A DNA stretch of 64,000 bases from positions 382,547-446,546 of the forward strand of contig NMRA01000244.1 of assembly GCA_002633005.1 (NCBI GenBank), read 5' to 3'. Under the pieces are notes generated by a model. The model ran no database searches. It was not told the origin of the DNA and saw nothing but the letters and a program-made list of their open reading frames with translations. A program made the position numbers and the translations under genes. The DNA comes from Phoronis australis (taxonomy: Eukaryota; Animalia; Phoronida). Shown piece by piece: positions 1 to 11,400 of this stretch (positions are counted from its first letter, which is position 1; each line of letters opens with the position of its first letter).

Positions 1-798
1 AACAAGCTAGATGTGCATTGTGTCTAAAGAAATTTGCACAAGCAGTAGGCCTAAACCAGAGCGCGTTTCATTCAGCACTTGCCGGTCTTGTGCTAAAAAC
101 GTTCGACATTTGTTTCGGTAAGGCCGATATTAGTCGCCGTGTAGCTGGATGCATACGTAACTGTCTGACAGTTATTTTTCGGTGTAAGGGTGTGTAAGCA
201 TTCACTGTCAGTTGTCATTTTATCAGATATTCGGCTTAAAAACACCAATTATGGTTAATCAAACAATCCATGTAAAAAATAACGCAAACATGTTTTATAG
301 TATCAGAAATTGTTGGAAATTAGGGCCAATATTCATTTCTTGCCCATGCTATGCTACCCGTTTCATGAATGGATAGTTCCCGACTAATGTCTTTGATGAC
401 AGGTTCATGTATGTAGCGCGCGCTATCTGGCCACGTGCGTTCAACACCGAGTTATTTTTATTCATGAGACAGTCGATATGTCTACTGAAAGGTCAGACCA
501 TAGTGGGACAAGGTCGTTGCGAAAGTAGCAACGCTGTTGCATTCTTTTTGAAGCGCTGTGTTACTTTGAAGTGTATAGTCACGGCTAAATACAAACGTAG
601 CAGTGCCGCGGGTGGTCTAGAAGACCCGTGCAAAACTTTTTTGATAAATTAAAGATGTTACTGTAGCCGAGTTTTAGGACTGAAGGTACATCATTGTTCG
701 CATGTACACGTTCATGGACTGGGCGCTTATTTCAGCAAAGTCTGAAAACACGTGGGGGGGCGCTTATAGGGGCATGGGTGGTTATTACGGCTAATTCG

Positions 799-905
799 GT
801 ATATATAAATTTAATTATATATAAATCTAATTATATATAAATTTAATTATATATAAATTTAATTATATATAAACTTAATTATATATAAATTTAATCATAT
901 ATAAG
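799..905. repeat. 18-bp AT-rich minisatellite
   Basis: TATATAAATTTAATTATA, about 6 copies. Confidence 0.9.
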
Positions 906-998
906 TTTTCACCTTCCTGCCATTTTGTGCTCTAACTTGAAGAACTTGTGTTCTGTGTTCGTGTGTTGATGAACCTCAGTCAGCATTGTTCGTCGCTC

Positions 999-1023
999 TC
1001 ATTTTTGTCTTGACACGTTGAAA
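999..1023 (-). CDS. Possible terminal exon (SFNVSRQK*)
   Basis: Phase-2 cag acceptor fits the previous exon; pyrimidine tract is weak. Confidence 0.3.
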
Positions 1024-1183
1024 CTGAGGTTACTATTAATTTTTATTTTACACTTAATGGATACAGAAAAGAAAACATTGTACCATTTCCATAAAAAACA
1101 ATATCCAAAACAGCTCCCCCAAACAGATAAACATGTGGGAAAAGACCCCTCAATGTACAAAACAGCACCACAATTTTCCATCA

Positions 1184-1430
1184 TGACAGTAGTTAAGTGT
1201 GGTTGTGACAGTAGTTAAGTGTGGTTGTGACAGTAGTTAAGTGTGGGTGTGGCAGAAGAAGAGAGTGGTTATGACAGTTGTTAAGTGTGGTTTTGCACCA
1301 CCACTACCACAATCACTCTACCACACTCACCATCAACACCATCACTACCATCACAAGTAGCACCACCACTATTACCACTATTACCAATACCATCCCCTAT
1401 ACCGCCACCACCACCACAACCACCACCACA
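1184..1430. repeat. 22-bp repeat followed by an (ACC)n-like low-complexity tract
   Basis: GACAGTAGTTAAGTGTGGTTGT in about 3-4 copies; CAC/ACC-rich tract at 1296-1430. Confidence 0.85.
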
Positions 1431-1441
1431 TTTCTCCCTAC

Positions 1442-1569
1442 CTGGGTTTGTGTCGTTTCTTTTTCTTCATACTGTCCAAACCATCCTGTAGCTCTACTTC
1501 AACATGTCCAGGACCTCCATCCTCATGCTGTCTGGTCTTCTTCACCTTTTTGCCACTAGGGGGCTTTGT
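1442..1569 (-). CDS. Probable additional 3' exon (TKPPSGKKVKK...MKKKKRHKP)
   Basis: Phase-0 acceptor gacag, phase-2 donor AG|gtaggg, open frame. Confidence 0.45.
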
Positions 1570-2521
1570 CTGTCATACATTGTGGGACAATCAATGTGCT
1601 GACCATAAACCACACCAGAACAAACTGTACAAACAGTGCCTTGTTCTTTTCTGTGTCTAAGTCAACTACTATGCACAAAATTCTCATACAAGGGGTATGG
1701 AATTTTGTTGTCAATATTTTCTATATCCCAGAGGTAGCTTTGAAGGGGAGCGGGAAATAGTGAAGACAGGCAGATTAAGAATGAAATAATGAGGGACCAA
1801 CCACAGCTTCCAAAGGACAAACACTAACCTTAAAGATATGCCGTCATCATTTGTATGAGGAGTAAGTAAACCATTGTTGATAAAATCACAGCTCCGCTAC
1901 AGAACTGTAACTTGTACATTTAAAATCAATTTGAAATGCACTATTACACAAGAGCAGGTAACAAACTTAATGATAATGCATGATGATAATTTAATGATAA
2001 GGCATGACGATACACTTAATGATAATGCATGACGATACACTTAATGTTGGTGCCAAATGACATCCATCAATGTGTGTGTCACATCACTAAATAGAAACTG
2101 TTCACAATCATGTAGAGTTGCATATGCAGCTTTACCGCACATCTGAAGATTGCACCTCATGTAACCAACTTTTTCCAGTTGCATTACTTTTCTTCAATCT
2201 TTATAACAACAAATCAACGATTAAACACTGGCTTTAAACCTCCCTTCCATCCATAAAATAACTTTTGATTAAAGGCATTTACTGTTTTAAATCTAATAGA
2301 GGTTGCAATGCCGTGCAGTTACCGTCGAATAAAAACATAAAATAGTAAAACTAAAATGACGAGCGTCAGTACTAAAATACATTAAAATATCCTCACGTAT
2401 CGAGCGATGCGCTCATTCTCAAGGGTGTTTTACTATTTTATGTTTTAAATCTGTTACTGACTTGTTCTGATGGCCATAGGCAGGTTTATAGTCCCTTTAA
2501 GACACACAACGTTCCACTAAC

Positions 2522-2736
2522 CTGCATCCTGTTCATTATGACAGTGTTGTTAACAGCTTTCTTCATACGCCCATGTTCCCAAGGTCCTTGAGTGCCATCA
2601 ATGAACATAAAGTCTTCCTCAGAGCTCTCATTTGACTGCATGCTGACTTCTGCCGTATTCACATGGCTGTCTTGCTCTGTGTCAGCCACTACAGTGCTGC
2701 CACCTTGTATTGGATTGCTTTTTTCCGTACTATCAT
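2522..2736 (-). CDS. Duplicate (probably allelic) copy of exon 3715-3929
   Basis: Same translation and splice sites, inside the N-joined duplication. Confidence 0.4.
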
Positions 2737-3714
2737 CTATAGAAAAGAAATATNCTTCAACATGTCCAGGACCTCCATCCTCATGTTGTCTGGTCTTCTT
2801 CACCTTTTTGCCACTAGGGGGCTTTGTCTGTCATACATTGTGGGACAATCAATGTGCTGACCATAAACCACACCAGAACAAACTGTACAAACTGTGCCTT
2901 GTTCTTTTTTGTGTCTAAGTCAACTACTATGCACAACATTCTCATACAGGGGGTATGCATTTGTTGTGAATATTTTCTATATCCCAGAGGTAGGTTTGAA
3001 GGGGAGCGGGAAATAGTGAAGACAGGCAGATTAAGAATAAAATAATCAGGGACCAACCACAGTTTCCAAAGGACAAACACTAACCTTAATATTGTTCATA
3101 AAATCACAGCTCCGCTACTGTAACTTGTACATTTAAAATCAATTTGAAATGCTCTATTACACAAGAGCAGCTAACTCACTTAATGAAAATGCATGATGAC
3201 ACACTTAATGATAACGCATGATGACACTTAATGTTGGTGACAAATGACATCCATCAATGTGTATGTCACATCACTAAATAGAAACTGTTCATGTAGAGTT
3301 GCATATGGAGCACATCTGAAGATTATGGTCATTTAAAACAATTGCACCTCATGTAACCAACTTTTTCCAGTTGCATTACTTTTCTTCAATCTTTATAACA
3401 ACAAATCAACGATTAAACACTGGCTTTAAACCTCCCTTCCATCCATAAAATAACTTTTGATTTGACTGCATTTACTGTTTTAAATCTAATAGAGGTTGCA
3501 ATGCCGTGCAGTTACTGTCGAACAAAAACATAAAATAGTAAAACTAAAATGACGAGCGTTGGTACTAAAATATATTAAAATATCCTCACGTATCGAGCGA
3601 TGCGCTCATTCTCAAGGGTGTTTTACTATTTTATGTTTTAAATCTGTTACCGACTTGTTCTGATGGCCATGGGCAGGTTTATAGTCCCTTTAAGATACAC
3701 AACGTTCCACTAAC

Positions 3715-3929
3715 CTGCATCCTGTTCATTATGACAGTGTTGTTAACAGCTTTCTTCATACGCCCATGTTCCCAAGGTCCTTGAGTGCCATCAATGAACA
3801 TAAAGTCTTCCTCAGAGCTCTCATTTGACTGCATGCTGACTTCTGCCGTATTCACATGGCTGTCTTGCTCTGTGTCAGCCACTACAGTGCTGCCACCTTG
3901 TATTGGATTGCTTTTTTCCGTACTATCAT
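3715..3929 (-). CDS. Probable additional 3' exon of gene A (DDSTEKSNP...NRMQ); second copy at 2522-2736
   Basis: ttttctatag acceptor (phase 1) and CAG|gttagt donor; matches the phase-1 donor AAG|gttggt at 7390. Confidence 0.5.
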
Positions 3930-4000
3930 CTATAGAAAAGAAATATGCAGCAATAAGGCCAAACACAGAGCTTGGAGTGTAATAGCTACAGAAGTAATCA

Positions 4001-4075
4001 ATTATTGGTAATAATACATGGTATTATTGGTAATAATACATGGTATTATTGGTAATAATACATGGTATTATCAAT
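4001..4075. repeat. 22-bp quasi-palindromic repeat, about 3 copies
   Basis: ATTATTGGTAATAATACATGGT. Confidence 0.85.
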
Positions 4076-4895
4076 AACACCACAGTAAAGCTCTCCAATT
4101 ACTTTGCACAGAAATATTTTCTAAAATGGTTATTCCGTCCTGAAATATAACATCGCCATATTCAGTCAACGGTGTTTAGTAATACCCCCAATGCAACATA
4201 AGTGTGAAGCACTGTCTTGTCTTGCTAGTAGCTGCAACAGTCAAAATTGAGAAAAAGTGTTGGTACCACACTTTTTAAAAGTAAAACTAAAATCAAATCA
4301 AGTTTTGAAAAATTGTTTTCAACATTTGCCCTCTGACATATTGTGCTGAGCCACGAACACAATGACAATAGTACACGCGACCACACGATTATTATTTGGG
4401 TGCATGAGCACTACACAATTTTGCCTCATCTTCAACACTAGCAAGTGGTTCATCTAGAGAGAACACTGACACATTACGATAATTTAGTATTAATAGAATT
4501 TTTGCTATTTGTAAGTTTCACTTTTCAAAACAATACAAGACTACATAGACGTTCTAGAAAATAACAAACCAACACTATTAGACAACAAACCGTCATACCA
4601 CACCATACACCTCTGCACCTGTCTAGCCGTGGGTCAGCAGATGACCAGCAGAAAGTTTTTCATCTAGACTGAAGTGCCTTGGTCATGGAATATTGACGAA
4701 CTAACACATGTAACACACGATTGAATATAAAATATTCACACCTTACACATAAATAGAACACATTGTTCAGTTTATTTGGCATGAGATAATAAAGTGAGGC
4801 GAGTTGTAAAGTCACGGAGGACACTGTCCCAATAAACCATTAACTATTGAATTACTTGGAAAAAGGTTTGATGGCATAACAATGGATGGTTACAC

Positions 4896-6850
4896 GACTA
4901 GTACAGGTGTGACTATAGGGCCAGGTATAGGCTACATGATCAGTACAGGTGTAACTATAGGGTCAGGTATAGGCTACATGATCAGTACAGGTGTGACTAT
5001 AGGGCCAGGTATAGGCTACATAATCAGTACAGGTGTGACTATAGGGCCAGGTATAGGCTACATGACCAGTACAGGTGTGACTATAGGAACAGGTATAGGC
5101 TACTTGACCAGCACAGGTAGAACTATGAGACCAGGGCCCGGTCTCCAATCTTTTTACTCGAAATGGAACTCGAAATTAGGTGCGGCATTTTCTACTCTAC
5201 TTTTGGATGAACTCAAGATAAGTGTCTATTATTCTATGCTCGAGTGCACAATAACTTAATATAGATAATTTATTGCCTTTAGTTCACAGTTTGTAAACCC
5301 AATATTAAAGCAATAAGTTCAAGTTTGAACTCGAAATTTCGAGTTTTTACTCGAGTTTGTAGCATGAACATAAGCGTCTTCAAGGGCAAACTTGAACTAG
5401 AAACTCCTATGCATAAATTATAATGTATTCGAGCACAGTCTGGGATTATGTGACTAGGTATAAGCTACATGACCAGTACTGGTGTGACTATAGGACCAGG
5501 TACAGGCTACATGACCAGTGCAGATGTGACTATAGGACAAGGTATAGGCTTATGACCAGTAAAGGAGTGACTATGGGACCAGGTATAAGCTACATGATCA
5601 GTACAGGTGCGACTATAATACCAGGTATTGGCTACATGACCAGTACAAATGTGACTATAGGACCAGGTATAAGCTACATGACCAGTGCACGGTGTGACTA
5701 CAGGACCAGGTATAGGCTACATGACCAGTACAGGTGTAACTATAAAACCAGATGTAGGCTACACCAGCAGAACTGAACCCTTTAATCTTCAACATACCAA
5801 TCAGAACTAAATGTTGGGTGTATATAGCAAAAAGGGATGTAGTTAATAAACCAAATGTCTAACAAGTGTCCGTGGCAAGATTACACAAGTCTCCACCAGA
5901 TGTCACCATGACTACACTGTAGACCATGTGACCTCATTTTTCCATTTCAAGTATTGCTAGCACAAATTAGTACAAGAGCAACGCAGAGCGTTGAAATGCG
6001 CCCACAATTGCACCGCATACGGTATCCTTCTAGGGTTGTTTATTGGTACCACAAAGTAGCCAGTAGAGGGCATATATGTAGTATGTTGTACTTTGCAAAA
6101 TGGAAAGGCATGGTCCTTGTCTCCTCAATAGGCTAGGGGCAAAATGTGAGTAATCTTCATAATACAAGCACATCCTATACACCAGTTGCTTAAAGCACCA
6201 CAGAAACATAGAANTGATCAGTACAGGTGTGACTACAGGGCTAGGTATAGGCTACGTGATCAGTACAGGTGTGACTATAGGAACAGGTATAGGCTACATG
6301 ATCAGTACGGGTTTGACTATAGGGCCAGGTGTGACTATAGGGCCAGATATAGGCTACATGACCAGTACAGGTGTGACTATAGGACCAGGCATAGGCTACT
6401 TGACCAGCACAGGTAGAACTATGAGACCAAGTATAGGCTACATGATCAGTACAGGTGGGACTCCAGGACCAGGTATAAGCTACTTGACCAGTACAGGTGG
6501 AACTATGGGACAAGGTATAGGCTACATGTCTGACCAGTATAGGTAGTACTATGGGACCAAGGAAGTGCTACATGACCAGTACAGCTCCGGCTAAGTGACC
6601 AGTATAGGTGGGACTATGGGACCAGTTATAAGCTACATGATCAGAACAGGTGGGACTATGAGACTAGGTATAGGCTACATGACTTGTATAGGTGGGACTA
6701 TGGGACCAGATATAAGCTACATGACCAGTGCAGGTGTGACTGAAGGACCAGGTATAGGCTACATGACCAGTACAGATGTGACTACAGGACCAGGTATAGG
6801 CTACATGACCAGTGCAGGTATAACTTTAGAACCAGATGTAGGCTACACCA
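4896..6850. repeat. 42-bp minisatellite blocks (about 4896-5134, 5440-5770, 6215-6850)
   Basis: Unit CCAGGTATAGGCTACATGACCAGTACAGGTGTGACTATAGGG. Confidence 0.93.
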
Positions 6851-7331
6851 GCAGAACTGAACCCTTTACCCTTTAATCTTCAACATACTAATCAGAACTA
6901 AATGTTGGATGTAGTTAATAAGTCAAATGTCTAACAAGTGTCAGTGGCAAGATTACACAAGTCTCCACCAGATATCACCCTGACTACACTGTAGACCATG
7001 TGACCTCATTTTTCCATTACTGGACGCATTCTAAGTATTGCTAGGACAAATTAGTAAAATGTCCAGTTAGCACACCATTTGCACAAATTTGAATAATTAG
7101 TTTAAGGAATCTTTACACGCAATAGACAAACTCAATAAGCAGTGCAAACATGTTTGGATTTTCACAATGCCTTTTGAGGTAATGGAGAGTAAAATTAATA
7201 TAGAAAATCTCGTCACATAAGAAACTTGACAACACATACCATAATATTGTGCAAAAACACAGTTAATTCACGCTGCCAACCATTGAAAGCTGTTGGTGAG
7301 CTGCGCCAACATACTGCAGGCCCAAGTACAG

Positions 7332-8443
7332 TTATGAGCAGTGATACAAACGTGTACTGTAAGCAATCTGAAGATAACACATCCACCAACCTTGTACAGA
7401 ACCTCCGAGACAGTCTTCTTCAGAAATCATCTGTACAGACTTTGTTTGATTCGTCTTGAATGCCATAGCGGCAGCCAACTTTGTCTTGGTTGGGCCTGGC
7501 ACCCTTGGTGCCAATACCCTCTCCTCCTGTGCTGTTTGCTGTCCAAGAATGGTATACTGTCCATAACCTACTTGCTTTGGGCCTTGGCTGTATCCCAGTG
7601 ACGACATTCGTTGACCAGCTTTCTTTAGCACTGGTACAGTCGTGAATCCAAACGATCTGTTCTGTCCAACAGGCCTTGGAACAGTACTTTCAACTTGTTT
7701 CAAAGAAGTCATCTGGTTAGATATACCAACAGCTATTTGACTCCCCCTGAACAAGGACCTCACAAAGCCGTGACGACCAGGAGGGACAACTTCTGCTGGT
7801 GCAATATTGGGAGCCCCTTGAGGCGTGAAATTACCATTTCTTGTACTGCTGTGGACAACTTGCACATTGCCGTCTGTCCCAGCAACAACAGAGCTACTTA
7901 CATTTGTTACAGGTTGTGGTGAGACGGTACTGGGAGTTCTCTGTAACATAGCAATCATTTCATCGTATTTGTTTTTCCGTCGACCCAAAGCCTGGACTTC
8001 TTGAATAGAGCGTAACTTTTTCCAGTTAATAGTCACTGGTCCACCACCCATTCGTCTACCAACCCGTTTCTTGGACTTTCTCATGGCTTTTGTCATAGAT
8101 ATATACTGGCGAATCATCTTGGCAGCTTGTCTGAAGCCCAACTTGGCTTTACTTTGAGGCACTGCCAACTCAACTTGAGGGTCCTCTTGTCTTACTCTAA
8201 TTTGGCGAATCATCTCCCAGTTGAGCACCCTCTGGTGGTCACTTATGAATGACCCAATAGACATAGCAGACTGCAGTCTCAAGTACATCAAGACTTGAGT
8301 AGCGACTTTCTTGAAAGAAAACTTCCTGACTTTCTTAGGCTGAACAACGACCTTTTTGGCCTTAGGAGGGAGGGTAATGCCCATGTTAGCTGCTTGCATT
8401 TCATTGAAATTTATTTTGGTCAATCCACCTTTTCCAGGTAATC
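7332..8443 (-). CDS. Gene A basic C-terminal exon (stop at 7332, or spliced out at the 7391 donor)
   Basis: Lies within the 391-aa ORF; tttcag acceptor in phase 1; basic amphipathic segments. Confidence 0.82.
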
Positions 8444-11400
8444 CTGAAATTAACAAAACACAAATAAAGTAATTAAAAGTTACCATCACGAACATTTGGG
8501 TTTGCATGACAACAAAAGCCTGTTGATTTCACATTTATTACTTTGAAGTAATAAAGACAAGATTACTTACTGTCACCTTGCATTCACTTTCTGTCATTTA
8601 AAGCTTTACTCAAATTGACCACCATCTCCCACCAAAAGTTAGAAGAATTTTATTTTCAAACTTACAACTTGACCACCATCCATCACCACACTTAGCAGAA
8701 TTTCAAACATACAACTTGACCATCTCTCATCATGGTTAGCAGTATTTCAAACAGACAACTTGACCAACACCCCTCACCACAGTTAGCAGTATTTCAAACA
8801 GACAACTTGACCAACACCCCTCACCACAGTTAGCAGTATTTCAAACATACAACTTGACCACCATCCGTCACCACATTTGGCAGTATTTCAAACACAAAAT
8901 TTGACCACCATCTCTGACAAGACGCAGTATTTCAAACACACAACTTGACCACCACCCCTCACCATGGCAACCAGTATTCCAAACATACAAAGTAACTCAC
9001 CCTTATTCTCCATTGTCTCCAGCCTTCCTCTATATCTGTCTTCCATGTCACCATGGTTCTCTTTTGAAACTCTACCAAAAGTATGATTGGTTGGTCTATT
9101 GTGATGCACAAAGCCATGTTTTACAGGCAGCGCCTCCTGTCTGTCATCACTCCACTCATCTTCTTGCTGTATTCCACTAAATGACCTTTGAACCTGAGTT
9201 CCCACTGCATCACCATTTGTGGATTGAGTTGAACCATGAATTGCCTCGTGATAGGCCATATTTTGATGTGCTGGTATATATCTAGGTGACTTGAACTCCA
9301 GTGAACTGTGACTTCCTACAGGGGCCCTGGTTGGTGACTGGTCAATTCCATTTCCTACTTGACCTAGTGAAGTAACCAACTGCCTCGACCCAAGAGAGGT
9401 CTGACTGCCCATAGGGGCTCTAGTTGGTGAGTGGTCATAATTATTATCCCCACAACCAACATCGTGACTGTATGAAGCGACCAGCTGTCTTGATCCGAGT
9501 GAAGTCTGGCTTCCCATCCGTGATCTGGGTGACTTCCAAAATGAAGACTGTTCATTGTGGTTATGTGTAGGAGCAAATTTGCCTGATCCTTGCTGCATAA
9601 GAGGTTGACTTAGCTTGAGGTTAAATCTCATCTCACCAGATGGCGCAAACATAGCACTGTTCATGTCATGTTGTGCAGAAGTATTTAGGTTAAAGTTGTG
9701 AGAAGTGCTGCGTCTAATAGCTTGTCTTCTGAAACCTCTGGGCTCTGATTGTTCAGATTTATTCATAGCGTTCATAAAAGCATTTGACGACAAGTTGCTA
9801 GATACTGTTGGATGTGTACCGGCCATGATAGTAATACATCAAAGTCTTTGAAAGGAATTTTTGCCTTTCTAATAATAGTAAATAAGATCGGGCTGGTTCG
9901 CTAGAAAAAGAAAGAAGAAACCATGAAAACATGCACAGGGAAGGTAAACAGAGAGAACTATAATACCAGGGCGATAAATTTGAAGTAATATCACACAAAG
10001 TTCTAAGAAGAAATTTGATCACAAAAATAAACAAGTAATTACTGTTCATGTACTGTAAGGAACAGATCTAGAAAAGATGAACAAAGTAGTTCCAAACACT
10101 TGAGCAGGTACTAGAAAAACTTAACGTAGAGATATGTGTGCAGTTAATAACTTGTAAAAAGGTTGCAACTATAAGTTTGATGAGTTTGTCAGTGTAAAAC
10201 AAATCAAAGTAAACTGCAAAATGCACACACCACACACTGCAATCAACGTTTTACCTTTCAGTGCAGGTAGCGCCTGTTTGCTGTACAGTCGCTGTTCATA
10301 CTGTGAAGACAGGGCGTGCTGCTGTTGCAGAAACTGGTGCTGATGCTGTTGAAAATGCTGGTGCTGCGATGGGATGTAGTGTGTAGCCCTCTGGTGTAGG
10401 GGTTGTTGACTTGTAGAGAGATGCTGCTGCATAGGGTACTGTTGGTTTTGGTGGATGAGGTCAGCAGGATATGCTGGGAGAAGCAGTGACAAGGTGGAGG
10501 TTAAGAGCAAGGGATTTGATTGGATGTTCGGATAACATACAGGATTGTATGATAGTAAAACAGTGAAATCAGAGTTACATATTGGTAAGAAAGTAGTAAC
10601 AAAAATGTTATAAACCCCAGCTCTGTAACAAAATGACAGCCCAACTAAGAGTAATTAAATTTAGTTTATCGATAATTATGGCATTTTGAAGACCAAAACA
10701 ACAATCCATAAAAAAACAGAAAAATTCACATCACTTACCAACGCTACTACACATTCAAGTTCTAAAGGCGTGGGATTTAGTAAAGTGGACCCATAATTCT
10801 TAACTTGAGGATAGTTATCAGTTAATTATGTTAAGTCATTTTACCATTCATAACATGTGTACAACCCGGACATGCACCCAAACTTACCTTGTGGGTGGGA
10901 TTGTTGATATTGTCTCACATCCTCACACTCTTTGAATGGTGCGAAGGGTGTGTGGTCCGTATGTAAGGGGGCTAGGGTCTCCGTGGTGATACTTGGATCT
11001 TTGTATATGTGCTCCACAGGGAATGGATCTATGTCATTAGCTAGAGAAACAAAGGTATTAATTATAAAATAATAAGTGCTGCCGGAATACAATAAAAATT
11101 GTCCAGTCTGGGACAGTGAAAATGAATAATTTTCGTTAAGGTCGGAATTTGCACCAAATTTTGGAAATGTTAAGTTATCAGCAGTCCCATTTTAAGAATT
11201 ATGATCACCGCCAAATGATCATTTACGTCGACGTTACACACTGTGAGGACATGCAGGAACATTTTTGACAATTTTATGAAAAGACAAATCTATCTTAGCC
11301 TCTGAAATGAAATGCAGTGTCTGGTTTCTTTTAGAAAGAGAACAAATAAGCCATAATCCCCTGTGTCCCAATCTTTAAAAAAAAACCCATTTTCACTTGA

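Larger units (their letters stand above)
1497..3946. other. Direct duplication 1497-2753 / 2755-3946 joined by a single N (probable uncollapsed haplotypes)
   Basis: Both copies start CTTCAACATG and end AAAGAAATAT; they differ by SNPs and indels; N at 2754. Confidence 0.8.

Noticed and set aside
407-800. 81-aa ORF in CpG-rich sequence at the window start
   Set aside because: No recognisable motifs; the region ends in ...TAATTCGGTA like a TA-flanked MITE end, but the matching left end was not found.
1278-1559. Thr-rich mucin-like ORF
   Set aside because: An (ACC)n low-complexity tract with no signal peptide or exon context.
1575-1655. CTVC...H..C zinc-finger-like reading on the minus strand
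   Set aside because: Short, closed by a stop, and not phase-compatible with the neighbouring putative exons.
4882-6876. ORFs with TSTGVTIGPGIGYM or DQYRCDYR repeats
   Set aside because: By-products of a 42-bp minisatellite that is open in several frames on both strands; no splice or domain support.
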